Below the pieces are notes generated by a model. That model was not told the origin of the DNA, ran no database searches, and worked only from the letters and a program-made list of their open reading frames with translations. A stretch of DNA of 64,000 bases from Schmidtea nova (lineage: Eukaryota): assembly GCA_044892505.1 (NCBI GenBank), contig CM097884.1, forward strand, positions 121,272,001 to 121,336,000. Direction: 5' to 3'. Positions 39,110-52,515 of the stretch are shown here, piece by piece. A program made the position numbers and the translations under genes. Position 1 is the stretch's first letter, and the number at the start of each line of letters is the position of its first letter.

Positions 39110-40960
39110 CAAAAAGCAGTCAACAAACCAAATGGGTGTGCTGAGCACAAATACATTATCCAAGCTCAATTAGAGAAGCAAAACAGAAAAAGATATACCA
39201 AGGAGGAGACTCACCTAATATTTCCAGACTTGGCCGACACCTTTAGGAGTATACCATATGAAATAATATGGCACACCTTATCCAAAATGTATTTATTGAA
39301 AAACATCATAAATCTCATAAAAGAAAGCTACAATAACTGATCAACCACTTACAAATGCGGACTTCGTAAATTAGATCAAATATTGCTAGTCAAAGGAGTG
39401 AAGCAAGCTTATCCCCTTTCAATGACCCTATTCAATCTATGCATTGAATATCTCATTAACGGCATCACTGAATTAAAAAAAGGAACAAAAAGGACCGGAA
39501 TAGAAATTGACATACTTGCATATGCAGATGATCTAGTTCTTATAACCAACTTAAATGAAAATTCTCAAATAATGACCAACCAGATAACTCTTCTAGCAAC
39601 AAAAGCCCAACTGGTATTCAAACCTGAAAAATGTGGTTACTTCAGTAACCCAACATCCACCAAGGAGATTAATATATACCACTAACCGATTAAATGGATA
39701 AATGACCAAAATACCTATACATATCTCGTAAACAAAGTTGATTGTATGAAGAAAAAGAATACGGAAGGCCTCTTCAAACAGGTCTTAACTAGAACGAAAA
39801 TTCTTTTAAATCAAAATTACGAAACCAACAAAAAATCGAAGCTTACCAGATATTCGGTCACTAAAAAAAGACATTGCGAAAACTAGTATTGACGCCTTCC
39901 AAATCCTTTCCCCTTCATGGATATAATTATCTACGCCACAAAAGACAAAGGAGGACTAGGTGTCACAAAGGTCAAAGGAGGACTAGGTGTCACAAAGGAC
40001 AAAGATGAACAAATTCAAAGCCTGGCCAGATTCATTTAACAGCAATCATGGAGCCATAAATCATAACCTTTCAGAAGAAATTATTGACATTGCCTCATCC
40101 GGAACTGAATCTCCAATGAACAATATTAGTGACGCCTGCATGTGGTTAGATGGAACCTTTCCAACAATTAAAAAATATGGAGCAAAAACCAGCTGGCTAA
40201 TTAGAGTAAAAAATGCAATCGGAGAGCTCAACAAGACCCACCAAATTAAAATAACAATACTCTGGGAACCAAAACTGAATACTCAACAGCTATAAACCCA
40301 ATAGCAACTTATAACGTAAAAGAATCTACACTCGATGATCAAAGAAAGATATTATGAAAACTGGGAAAATGCCAAGGATACATCCAAAGATTAACAACCA
40401 ACAATCATATGTAAAGAATAATCCAAAAACAGTTGAAAGACAAAGAATGTAGATTCCTTATAAAAGCCTGGGCCAACATGCTTGTTATAAATTACAAGCA
40501 ATCTAACCAAGGATGAAGAATGTGACTGATCAACTGCCGCCGATGCCCTTATGACAAGGAGTGTGCACCCCATGTGATAAACCACTGTGACTTCGGAACA
40601 GCAATTCGCACAGCTAAACACAACTAAGCACAGAAAATCTTAGCATCAATACTAAAATCAAAAGAAATGTACTTCGAAATAGAATCTACTCCACCTGAAA
40701 GTCAACAAAACCTTAAACCTGACATCATAGTCCATCAAGCAGAAAATATTACAATTATCGATATCAAATGCACTTTCGATGATGCAAACGCTATAGAAAT
40801 GGCCAGAGATAAAAACCTCAACAAATACAGACAATTAGCTAAAGAGATTCAATCTGCTACAGGTACCAAAACCTCAGTCCAAACCTTCGTGGTCTGTTCC
40901 CTTGGAACATGAGACAAGACAAATAGTGAAGTCTTTCGAGAAATCGGAATCAAATTGAAA
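39110..40960 (+). pseudogene. Degraded, 5'-truncated non-LTR retrotransposon with restriction-like endonuclease (R2/NeSL/Utopia-type)
   Basis: GVKQAYPLSMTLFNL, LAYADDL, FKPEKCG, KDKGGLG, CRRC..HVINHC knuckle and KPDII..IIDIK (PD-(D/E)xK); many stops and frameshifts. Confidence 0.8.
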
Positions 40961-42219
40961 GATTACATAAAACAGAAAACCCTGATGACCGAAAAAGGCC
41001 CCACAAAGGTTTTAATACCTAAATAGGAATTTTCTGCAAGTATCCAGTATACTCTTGAACCACTAATCGTCTCGATCCACTGTGAAGCTTCCAGAGGATT
41101 TTTTTTGTTATTTTGTCCTTAGTGACAAACTTGTATTGTTTTATTACTAAATATTAGTCTTTCCATCAGTTCGGTTTTTGACGACGATAATATTTTTGAA
41201 TGCTTCGGAATTTATAACTTCATCCATTTTTCTCGTAATTTCCGCGACGGTCTTCGAGAATTCGTAAAGCATTAATTGTTCTTCTAATCTGTTGATCTCC
41301 TCTGCAAATATTTATGTTTCTAGCTTGAAGTTCATTGGATAGTAGAGAGCACTTATGATGATGCCAATCATTAGAGCTGAAAATAAACTAGGAAATATTT
41401 GTCTTGTAATCCAATTTTAATTATATTCAAAGTAAGTTCCTGGGAAATATTATTTAGTTCTTTTTGGTTTGATAGAAAATACTATATAGTTTTTCCATGA
41501 AAACTTGAGAATGATTAACTTGCTTGATCTCGTTTATGGAATCATCTAAAACAAGTTGGGGACGGTGATTGAGACAATGTAAAATATTAGAATTAAGAAA
41601 AATCTCTTTTATTCGTAAGCTGACTCCAGATTTGCAACCAAGAACTATGCTAGCACCGTCAGAACAGAATCCTTTTAAATTCAGTTTTATATAATTTGTA
41701 TCAAATCAAACAGAAAGCAATACACTCAACAAACTTAGGAAAATAGTTTTCGCATCTTGTGTTTCATGTTCCACAATAGCTAAGCATATTATTTGGGATA
41801 TTTCAGAAGATTTTACTGTAGAAGATTCCACTTTAATGAAAACTATGAGCGTTGATTTATTGGAAAAGGTGGAAGCTTCATCAATAATAGTTCAAACTTT
41901 TAAATTCTTCTCAATAATTGAACTAAACCATTCGTTTTAAGTTTCTTTCGCGACATGCTCTACTATCTTGCTTGCACTGTCGAAAATAAAGTCCAAGTCC
42001 CTTGTCCAAAATGAATTTTACTTTCTATGTCTGAAAACGGACAGTTTCTTTTCGCTAGGCTGTAAACAGTGCTGAAGACTTCTTTCAGTAGAATTAATAA
42101 ATTTCTCGTTCATCTTATTGATACATGTTGTAAAGGTTTGCTTTTCAAGGATCTTTGGCATGTTCAACAGCTAATATGTTTGCTTTTGATACAAAATGTT
42201 TATTCATTTTCTTCCTTAA

Positions 42220-42943
42220 CCCTTTCGTAGCGGTTTTAATTTTAGGTTTTAAACGACTTTTTAAAAATGTATTATGTTAATGATCATTACAGGCTGAGCT
42301 ATCTGATAAGTTCAACAAATGTTCTTCAATTTCTTTTGCATTCATTTTTTATTACTTTATATAAAAAACGAAATGAAAAACTTTATAAGACTATTGGGAC
42401 AAATATGTACCACAAAAAGGACGCGTGGGACAAATATGTACTGTCAAAAGGACGCGTAAGACAAATATATTCCACCAAAAGGGCGCGTGGGACAAATATA
42501 TTCCGCAAAAAGGACGTGTGGGACAAATATATTCCACAAAAAGGACGCGTGGGACAAATATATTCCGCAAAAAGGGCGTGTGGGACAAATATATCACACA
42601 GCAAAAAACTTTTTAAAATGTTATAAAATAAATATAAATATAGTGCTTACCTTATGTAAAATACTCCCAATAATTACGTTTTTCACAAATTGTATTATAA
42701 AAAACCTCTATTTAAAAAAAATATAAAATTTATTTGGGTGAAACAAGAATTTATCACAAATTACAACTGCACTTCACAATTTCAAATGCAAGACTAAACA
42801 TGAATAACTTTAAAGAGACGTTTACAAAGCTAAATACTGTTAGATAAGATTTCAGAAGACTATTCGGGACACATATGGAAACTTTTAAATTAAGCCGTTT
42901 TTAAATTTCTATTGGGACATGTGTCCCAACAGCTGCGAATGGG
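42220..42943. mobile_element. Non-autonomous piggyBac-like element (724 bp)
   Basis: TTAA at 42216-42219 and 42944-42947; ends CCCTTTCGTAGC / GCTGCGAATGGG (10/12 inverted match). Confidence 0.8.
42395..42597. repeat. Minisatellite ~6.5 x 31 bp (TGGGACAAATATATTCCGCAAAAAGGACGCG) inside the piggyBac MITE
   Basis: Six full units plus a partial one. The same TGGGACA motif recurs as an inverted pair at 42913-42928. Confidence 0.9.
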
Positions 42944-44222
42944 TTAAAGATGCTTGTTGCACTTCAACAGATTGGTAAATTGTTAGTGTCGGTATTTTGG
43001 GAACTCGAAATATCTAATATTTGTTCCTGTAAAGCTTATGAACCCGCTTCTAACACTTTTGTGGACAACCTGCTTTCATCAGTTACTAATGTTTCCTCTC
43101 CTAATTTTTTTGAGAAATATTTAGGTAACGTATTTTGTCTCGTAATCTTCAAAAAATAAAATAGGGATGAAAATAAAATATTTTAGGTAAAACATGAAAT
43201 TGGTTAATTGAAATTAGCTTGCGCAAATTTTTAAAATTTTCGATTTTATTACAAAAATAAATTATAATTTATTTATTATTTTAAGTAATTAACAAATATA
43301 TAAAACTGAACTTAAGAAAAAAATTTATAACTGCAAAAGAAAGTTTCAACTTTTACTGATAATCGTAATTAAAATTTTTTAATTACCTAAAAAGATTTTT
43401 TTTATTTCGCAATTTTTTTAGAAATTAAAAATTACAATCGCAATGAAAACTAGATAAAATATAGAAATTTGCACTAAATACATTTCGAAAGTATTTTTTT
43501 TCCTGAATAACAGCCAGTTCGCACGAACCATAGCATTCACACGAAGGGGTACGCATGAACCCCTGCGAACCTTAGGAAAGCATCATTGGTTATAATTAAT
43601 TACTCCTTTGTTTAATTTACTACCCGAAAGTTCTAGCATGATCCTCATTACAATTCAAATTTGATATACAAACTAAAATAATAAATGCTTTACTAGTTAA
43701 CAATAAAAAATTTAGAAAATAACACAAAATAATATAACTGCTTTAGAATATATCTCAAAATAAAAATAAAGTCAAATTTTGAAGTATATCTTACACCTAA
43801 TAAGACGTTTTAATAATTAATTGTAAAGAAAGTCGTCAGAGCAGCTTAATATGAAATTATCAATCGGAATAATTGTCCGAATAATATCGGCATTTTGTTA
43901 GAAGAAATTGATATTAAATCCAAAATAAATTTCAGATAACTAAATTGTGAAATAGTTGACTAACTTAAAGTGACTAAATACTTCATTCAAACTTAGCCGG
44001 AAAAGGGTGAATAATTCATGATTACTTATCAGTGATTGGCTTCTTTCGTACAGATGCAGAAAACCTAGCTACATGTGGTTCATATTAATCATTAATGTGT
44101 GCGACGACTGTAGGTAATATATATCTATATATATATATACCTCATTCAAAGAAAAAACTTATTTATTCCAAAGCTACAAGATAATTTAAATTATTTATAT
44201 ATATGTTACGGTTATAGTACAA

Positions 44223-44830
44223 AATGTCAAAATGTACACATTCGCCGGTAAATGTACACATAGACCACACCAATGGGTAAATCTAAGTTTACTATTTCGA
44301 AAAAGTTTGTTATACATACATTTACGGGTAAATGTATACATTATATCAAGGTCTTGTAAAATGTAGAAATAATGTCAAAATGTACACATTCGCCGGTAAA
44401 TGTACACATAGACCACACCAATGGGTAAATGTATTGAGGTTTATAAAATTATTACGTAAATCATGAACTATAATAAAACTTACTTAAAATTGTAATATTT
44501 ACAATAATTGCTGTTTAATAATGCACCTAGAAAATTTGTTGAGTTTTAATTTACGCTTAAAAACATAAACATAAAATAATAAACATAACCTTAAAACAAT
44601 TATTAAGAAATTTTGGTTTTGGTATAATAAACATAACCTTAAAAAATGATTTAAAAATTTGTTTTGGTTATATAATTAACTCGAATAATTACACTTTTAC
44701 CATTACCTCTAGGTAAAAGTATATATGATTACTAAATAATCGGTAAATGTATGTTATATGTACATTTGCCAAATCTTGCAGTTAATGTATACATTTACTG
44801 GTAAATATATACATTTACCTGGTAATGTAC
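44223..44830. repeat. 60-bp direct duplication (44223-44282 / 44371-44430) plus dispersed GTAAATGTA(C/T)ACAT motifs; probably subterminal repeats of a DNA transposon
   Basis: Directly visible repeats adjacent to the piggyBac transposase relic. Confidence 0.55.
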
Positions 44831-45032
44831 ATTTACCGTAACATATATAATCCGAAGCAATTATTGTGCGAATCAATTATTGCTTCATTTATACAGTTTA
44901 TACAAATGGTTTGTATCTGTTGCGCAAAATGGCTGATTGCATATATAACATCATGTTCCTGTTTTTTATCACGGTTCGTGGGCAAATGTAACAGCCTACA
45001 ATATCAATCATGTTGAAAAATAAAACCATTGG

Positions 45033-45450
45033 TCATTGCTTGGTCTTTCTTTGGCAGGTAAAGAATCGAGCTAATTTGTCAAGGGTGTCAACCCCACCCT
45101 TAGTATTGTTATAGTCCAATATGATATTGGGTTTATTTGAAGCGAAGTCAACATAATTATCGTGGAGAGTGGATGTTAATAAAACATTTTTGTTTGCTTT
45201 CGGAACATAACTTACCAAAGTTAGATGATTATCGAAGCAAAATTTCGAGAAGTTTTGATTTCGGCTTTGTTCGTAAATTCCTTCGGTAAATACGGTTCAT
45301 TTATTGTTGTTTTTTGTAACATATATTCTGCTAACGAGCAACATGTAAAGAAGTTATCTATTGTTACGATTTGAACTTAATTGATATATGGCACATACAA
45401 TCGGTGAGCTGAATTTAGTGCGTAATCAATCGCACGTGGTTCATTTGGTT
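45033..45450 (-). pseudogene. piggyBac (PGBD4-like) transposase fragment
   Basis: SYVPKANKNVLLTSTLH..KPNIILDYNNTKGGVDTLD. Confidence 0.8.
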
Positions 45451-45695
45451 GCCTGCCTACATAAATAAGATAATTTCTTCGCTTTCTCAAATCACATAAT
45501 TCTTCCCTAAGTTAGTCTATGGATCATTCTAAAGTCTTCATTGAGTAATCATTCATTCAATTTCATTTTAAAAATAAATTCCGGAATATGTTTCAAAAAA
45601 TTATATATTTAACTCCTTTATTCTACGAATAAGTAAAAAAATATGTTTACAATATAATTTGAAAGATAATATAACAAATATATTATGATTAAAAT

Positions 45696-46771
45696 TGTTG
45701 AGGATACCTAAATAACAATTTACTAATAAATAAATAAAATTACCTGGGGAAAATCGTCATGACGAATGATATGGCTAATGGGAACTCAGAAAAGAAAACG
45801 GAAATAAAAAGAAATGAGAAATGAGAAGGAGGAATCAGACAAAAGAAATCAGACAGGAAAATAAAAACAAAGGTCAGTACTAATTAATTAGTACATAGGA
45901 AAAAGGAATTTCAAATTGGGAATAACAAAAATAACAACGACGAATTTATCTCGACAGCTTGTCAGAGATAATGAAAGCGAAAAGAAAACAGGCCGGAGCG
46001 GCAAAAGAAAATACAAAATAGCTGAGTTGCTAAAGGCAGCATGGGAGTCTAAAGAAGTATGGGAAATGCCAGAAGCAGAAATGGGAAAAAGGAAAGTGGT
46101 CACGAGTGCCGAACTGTCAGGCGCAACATGGGAATTGCGTAGAAAGATGGTAAATGCCAGAGACAGGAGTGGCAAAGGCGAAGTGCCACAAAGGGACGAG
46201 ATATAAAAGGAGACAGCATAGCAGAAGCAGGCAGAATTTTAGACGGAAGCGGAGACAGAAGTGGAACATTGAGAAACAGAAATCAAATTGTTGAATTGAA
46301 GTTGGAAGAAAAAAATTGGGAGCCTGAACAGAAGTGAAGTTAAGAGTCGAAGTGAAATACGAATAGAAATTTGTTAATTGAATCAGTTGCAGAAAAGAGT
46401 TTGCGTTGCAAAGGACAAAGAAAGCTAAGCAGACAAGAAGTTAAAACTAAAGAATATTGAGAAAGAATCAAGTCAAAGCGCGGAAACAATCAAAATCAAT
46501 TACCAATATTTAATCCAAATCAGTGGTCAGTAGTTGTTGTTTTCAAGACATTATACAGGTGAGCTGTTTTTCACGAAGTGTCGTAACAAGCTCGTATAAT
46601 TGTCAAAAGAGTTTATTGAATTGGTTGTGAAAATTGAATCGTGTAAATCAGTGTAATAATCAATAAAGTTTGTTGTTGAAAGTGTTACTGGGGTCAATTA
46701 ACAACACGTTTTGGAGTCAGGTATTTGATTGGTAATTTTTACCATTTCACCAACAACCCCAGAACCCAACA
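45696..46771 (+). mobile_element. Solo LTR (~1076 bp) of an unrelated family
   Basis: TGTTG...CAACA ends; 4-bp TSD AAAT; TATAAAA at 46202; AATAAA at 46662; no PBS or internal domain follows. Confidence 0.65.
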
Positions 46772-47859
46772 AAATCATGAATATAAATTCTTTTTTTTTA
46801 AATAATTAAATTAGCCAAAATATTATTAAATAAATTATTTTCATTCATTTGCAATTACAGTATATGGTGCTTGCCAATAATAGTGCACATCTGCTTAGGA
46901 CATATTTTTGCGCCATTGCGGATTTAATTAAAATAAATTCCAAACGTTTATCAATTTTCAAATTCCTATTCACATTCTAACCAAACTCAAAATCATTCTA
47001 AAACACACTAATCGACAACAACAAAAAACACAGATTGAATTAATAAAGCAAAAATGATAATTAAGTTGAAATTATGAAAATTATGAAAATTCAAAAGATT
47101 CTAATTTTTAAATTAAAATCTTATTTTTCTGATTGACGAATAAAATTGCTGAGTAATATAATTAAATTTAATATAAGGGAATGAAATTATGAACTTTATA
47201 GAGAGGTTGTTTTTTAAAATAAATAAATCATATATTTAGGGTTTTTATGAACATCTAAATGAATGAAAAAGACAAGTGATGGCTTTTTGAGTAACTTAAA
47301 TAAAGGATAAATAGATACAATTATTTAACAAGTACTAATAATCCAGACGACATCCATATGCCTAAATTAACGCTAAAAATTTGTGATTGGTAAATATTGG
47401 TTAAAAAACAAATAGATTCGGTTTATACATAAATTCCCGTATTTAATTACTGGGTATTATCTGTTAGACTTCAGGCGATAGTTAATAATATGAATTTCTG
47501 GATAAGGTCGAAACTTTTCCAAATTATAATCGATAAACTAAAATGACAATATGAGATTTTCTGTTAGAGGTTCAAGAAACCCGTACTGTCTTTCGAGTTA
47601 TCATACCGATTTTCTTTTAAACTTAATTTTTTTCGTTGTCCTGATGTTCATTACATGATGTAAATATGTTTGAAAGTAATTAATGTAGGTTTGTTTCAAT
47701 TTGTATCTTTATATGTATAATTATGCGTGCTATGTATATAAAAGATTTTAATTTTACAAAAAATAATTTGAAAAATCCTTGCTTTTGACCAATTCACCGC
47801 TTTGAGCATCAGCGCACAAGAATGAGGTGAAAGAGGATGTCTTTATAGATACATTGGCT

Positions 47860-48882
47860 GGGAAATATTGTTTCACTATTTCCCGGCGTTCTACGCAGGC
47901 TACCTGTTTTTATCTCTTGAATTATAAAGTTCCTTATATGACGCTAAAGCTTCAATCAAACGTCTGCGGAATATTAAAGCACGCTCCAAATCAGGTTCTA
48001 AGTTGATGGCTTCTTCAACAAGTTGATTGCCAATTTTCAAAAATTCCTCCTGTGCTTTGCTACTTAATTTTTTTTTCTTTGATTATTTCTGCATCATCAC
48101 CACTTTCGTCTTTTTGACTTTATTACCCGCGAAATACGTTACCATTTCTTCAACAGTAAGATCTCCTTGAGCCCATTAAATAACTTCAGAAATATCTTCT
48201 GAACCTATATTATATAATCCTTCACCACCAACTTTTTTTACCCATTTCCACAATTTCCACTAGTGCTGACATATCCACAGCTGCTTCTGTGATGCAGCAC
48301 TCAGGTCATATTTTTATCCAAACGGCATTCATAGTTGCGTTATTTACCTATTATGGCTGAGAATTGAAGCTACATGGAATTGGATAAAGACTGTTCTTCC
48401 TTTTTCAAATGATCAAAAATTGATAAAGCTTTGCTACGAATAATTCCTGAACTAATTGCCATTCTTTTTTGATTTCGGTTCTCTATTCACAAGTTTAGCT
48501 ATTTTTCTGTCTTTATTACATAATTTCGATTTTTTGTGGTTTTTGAAGATAATGGTGTAAAACAGGCAACTGAACTTTTAATTTTCTTCTTCTTTTGCTT
48601 GATTCATTTATATTGTCTCCTACCTAATATAGATAATTTTTCGTCATTTTCTATTGTTTTAACAATGGTTAATTTTCTATTGTTTTAACAATGGTTAATT
48701 TTACCTCCAATGTTAAAATTTTTCTTTTTCTAGCCAAGCTCATTTTATGGGATTTAATATAACTGAAAAATATGTATATGTATAACAAAAAAAATTTACT
48801 TTTTATAATTTTACTGGTAAAAACAAAATCGCGCAACTCCGAAACCACGCAGTCAGAAACAGTGAAGTTCGAGGAATTACTG
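47860..48882 (-). pseudogene. Internally deleted Tigger/pogo element
   Basis: MSLARKRKILTLEVKLTIVK (psq-type HTH start); KKVGGEG and ERALIFRRRL C-terminal motifs; TA|CAGTAATTCCTCG-type terminus at 48870-48884. Confidence 0.65.
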
Positions 48883-51365
48883 TATTTATATTTATCATAA
48901 CAATAATATAAAATTTATGAAATAGCAATAAAATAATGACAAAACAAGATAAATAAAATTAGAATAACGTGAAACGTAATATATAAAAATACCTAATGTA
49001 GAGCAATCGTGAGGTTTGATCCGATGCTCTACACTCATGGAAAAATTCTCCTCACATAATAATAATTTGCTTCGTTAAGACTAAAGTCATCCGCTTACGA
49101 TTTTTAATATATTTCAGAGTCCAATTCTAGCCAGGAAGTCTATTACTGCAGAGTTATCGTGAATGAAACTAGTGAAATTTGAGAAATAATAATGTTATAA
49201 TGTAGAGGAAAATTAATAGTAAACAAAATTAGGGCTGGACTAAAACTAAACCCAACCAGTTTTGTTTTATTGATGCAGCGATAAAGAAGGGAATTTAAAA
49301 TTTGTAATGAGAAAACACGAAGTAAACAAATCAATAACAAAACACTTCAGAAAATTAAATAAAACACGTTTAAAAATTAAACTGAACAAAAGCGCATTAA
49401 GTAAACACAAACATAATATAAAAACACTAATTACAGCATTTTCATTTTTTTCTAAAAAAATCTTTTTTAATTTTTGTAAGAATAAATTTTAAAATACAAA
49501 AAAAATTATTTTTATTAAAATTTATTAAAATTTTTGGGAAGTTAGCAAAAAATTTTATGATGAAATAAATTTATTTGAAATTATAAAATTTTACTTAAAA
49601 TAATAATTTAATTTTTAATAAAATCAAAAAATTAAAATTTTTGGGAAAACTTGAAAAACTTGAAAATGTAGGTGGTTGATTAAAATAATGATAACAAAAT
49701 AATGAAAACTAATACAAATTGATATTTTTGTTATGATTAGATCTTATGTATTTATTTTAAATACAAAATAGTAGGTAAATGGAAGGAGTTAATTCAGACT
49801 TAAAAGCCATTTTTGTACAAGCAATGACTCACATGTATGAAATATGAACCATTGTACATGATTCATATTATACATAGGACATTCATGTGTTATGCATGTG
49901 TATTGCACTTGTTTTACAGTAAGCAAAAAACTAAAATCTTAAAATCAAATACATAGCAATGAAAACAAACCCATTTAAATTAAATATTTATAAGTAATAA
50001 ACAATGGTTGAGAAATAACAGTTTTTCAACTTCTTAAAAATCCACACATGAAAATTCTTTAACCGATCAACGCAACTTTCACATCGATATACACAATGTT
50101 CATGATATAGTACTACCGAGAGGTCATGATCATTCGTCTTTAAATGATCCATCTATTCCAGTTGACATCCATATTCAAAATTGTATATTTTCTTTGGCTC
50201 AATAGATCAAATTTTTAAGGCTCTTAGATAAAAAAATAAAATTTGCATCAGCTTTTCTAAAATAAATCTTAAAAATGAAAAGAAAATAATCAAATTTGCA
50301 TTTTAAAATACAAATTAAATGAAAAATAATTAGTATGTTTCTTATTTGTCAATAATTTCTTAAGTTCATTTGATGACATGAACTTTGATACCCAAAATCC
50401 CTTACAAAACAGATTCTACTACTAGTGTTCTAATGTATTATTCGCCACTTTTAAAAGTCATATATGTGAATTGTATTTGTATTGTTGAGATAAATCACTG
50501 TCACACATGTCCAACTATGGTGTTTTCAAATCCATGTATATTTTCTAGATATTTCTCAGTCATTTCCCTTAAATTTAATACAAGTCAGAGAAAATATTGG
50601 AAATTTCTGTATAATTGGTAACATATTGTTAAAATTAAGTCATTTATAAATCAATTATGTCTGATTTTGGTTGCTTTCCGATGACATTTAATGGACTAAA
50701 AGTTTATTTTTGTAATAGTTTGTAATTAATTTTCATGACCACTATCAATTTCTTTATATGATCAAATATTATCATTCACTTTTTGAGAATGTAAGGAATT
50801 TTTAAAATTTTCAAGCGGAAAAACCACTTAATTACAACAAATAATAAAGAACATCTATTGCAAAATGTATTACTCTGTCTTTTACTTGTAATAAAAATGA
50901 AAACTTTGCATATTGAGTCTTTGAAAATTAGTTGTTGAGTCATTATCTTTGAGCATGTATCTTTAATGCACAAAAGCTATCACAAAATGGGTTCTAATAT
51001 CATAAATTCTGCTGCCAAGGTTCTAATATATAAATGTAATATGGAATAAAAAATATTACCACAAACATATTCCCAAAACAGAATATCACAACGTAATAAA
51101 ACATTACCACAAAGATATTACCAAAACAGAATACCACAACATAATAAAAGTTGGTATAAATCTATCAGCATTTTATTAACTCAATTTTTTAATTTCCCCT
51201 CTTTTTATTGACTATGAGTCATTTGGTCGCGCCCACTTAATAAAATATTTAAAAATTAATTAAATAAAAATTAAATAGTTAAAGACGGTGCTTGATTGCT
51301 GTGAGAGATTGTGGAGCGAGTCTGAAGCCGTTAGATGGTCTTATCGAAATCTATATAAATCTTAT

Positions 51366-52095
51366 ATGACTTGGATTTTATATTTTATTAGTGATTTTCC
51401 ATTTGCTTTATTAGAAAAAGCATATGATATTTTATCAGAATTTGAAGATGTAAAAATTGTAAAAATATCCGAAAATTTTATTATTTCTAATTTTGCGAAA
51501 TATGAATCAAATTGTTGTTTTGTGTTTTCCGAACTCAAAGGTAAAGCATTCGAATATCTGCAATCACTCGACACAACTTCAATATTTGGTCCAAATACAA
51601 TATTATATTGAGTTAGTCATGATTTACTGTTACCAAAGACAAAGTGCCCACTTTTTAATCTAAAATTAAAAGATTGCAAAATTTATGTTTCTCAACTGGA
51701 AACAAACGAAAAAATCAAATTAACTAAACTTATAAAAATGATGGACGGAAATTTGTCAGAAAGATTCACAAAATCTGTGCGAATTTTGCTTACAAGAAAT
51801 GTAGAATCACCAAAATATTCTGCTGCATACAACAATAATATTATCGTTTTGTCGCCAAATTGGATTTATGATTTATGGCATTCGAAAATCGATTGTGATC
51901 CGTTCAATGAACAGTATTTGAAAAGGTTTCAAATCCCATTATTTTACAATTTAAAAAGATCCATATCGGGATTTTATACTACAGACAAACTTGTAATTCA
52001 AAATATCATCGAAATCAACGGGGGAATTTATTGTTCCGATTTGATAAACAATGAAGCTACACATTTGATAACGAGAACATCAAATAGTCAAAAGA
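51366..52095 (+). pseudogene. TOPBP1: TOPBP1-like N-terminal BRCT0-1-2 fragment with a premature TGA (51609-51611), truncated
   Basis: FVFSELKGKAFEYL..IFGPNTILY*..CPLFNLKL..KMMDG..SPKYSAA..VLSPNWIYDLW..GGIY....NEATHLIT follows the TOPBP1 BRCT order. An ECT2-like origin is not fully excluded. Confidence 0.65.
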
Positions 52096-52388
52096 AATTT
52101 ATGGGACGAAACGGTCTGTGTGCACAGTGGTGGTGTTTCATTGGTGTGCGCACGCAGACGCGAGTGATATGATTCGCTCTGAAAGTAAAATTCTATCAAT
52201 TTGGAATTGTTCGAATGATTTTAAGGAAAGAGTGATTTTGCTTTTGTTTTGCTGAACTATTTTTTGTTTTTGTTTTGGTACGGATTTTTGTGTTTCGGTT
52301 TCGGCTAGGAAGTGCGAACTTTTTGAATTGGATTTGAAATTCGTTATTAAATTTTTGAAATTTACTTTATAATTTAATAAATTAAAAA

Positions 52389-52515
52389 ATGTCATTGGGC
52401 TCGAGTGTTTTTGATCGTTATATGACTATTTTTCCACCCGAAGGCAAATTATTTCAAGTCGAATATGCATTTAAAGCGATTGCGTTAGATGGATTTCTTT
52501 CTGTTGGTGTTCGAG
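52389..52515 (+). pseudogene. PSMA6: Proteasome alpha subunit (PSMA6-like) first exon only
   Basis: [37 protein letters not shown]|GT matches the alpha-subunit N-terminal motif. No downstream exons recognised. Confidence 0.65.

Larger units (their letters stand above)
41030..43150 (-). pseudogene. Degraded hAT transposase (ZNF862-like), interrupted by a piggyBac MITE
   Basis: QASLRKKMNKHF across the TTAA empty site; TVYSLAKRNCPFSD; IIDEASTFSNKSTLIVFIK; SDGASIVLGCKSGV. Confidence 0.7.

Noticed and set aside
42267-42726. Several overlapping ORFs with repeated peptides
   Set aside because: Translation products of the 31-bp minisatellite.
45888-46206. ORFs of 95-96 aa within the solo LTR
   Set aside because: No recognisable motif, non-ATG start for the plus-strand ORF, and purine-biased LTR sequence; no evidence of conservation, unlike ORF153.
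48975-49090. U4 snRNA or U3 snoRNA gene call
   Set aside because: Only the K-turn-like hairpin resembles them. The U6-pairing segments and full box motifs are missing, so it is kept only as a low-interest hairpin.
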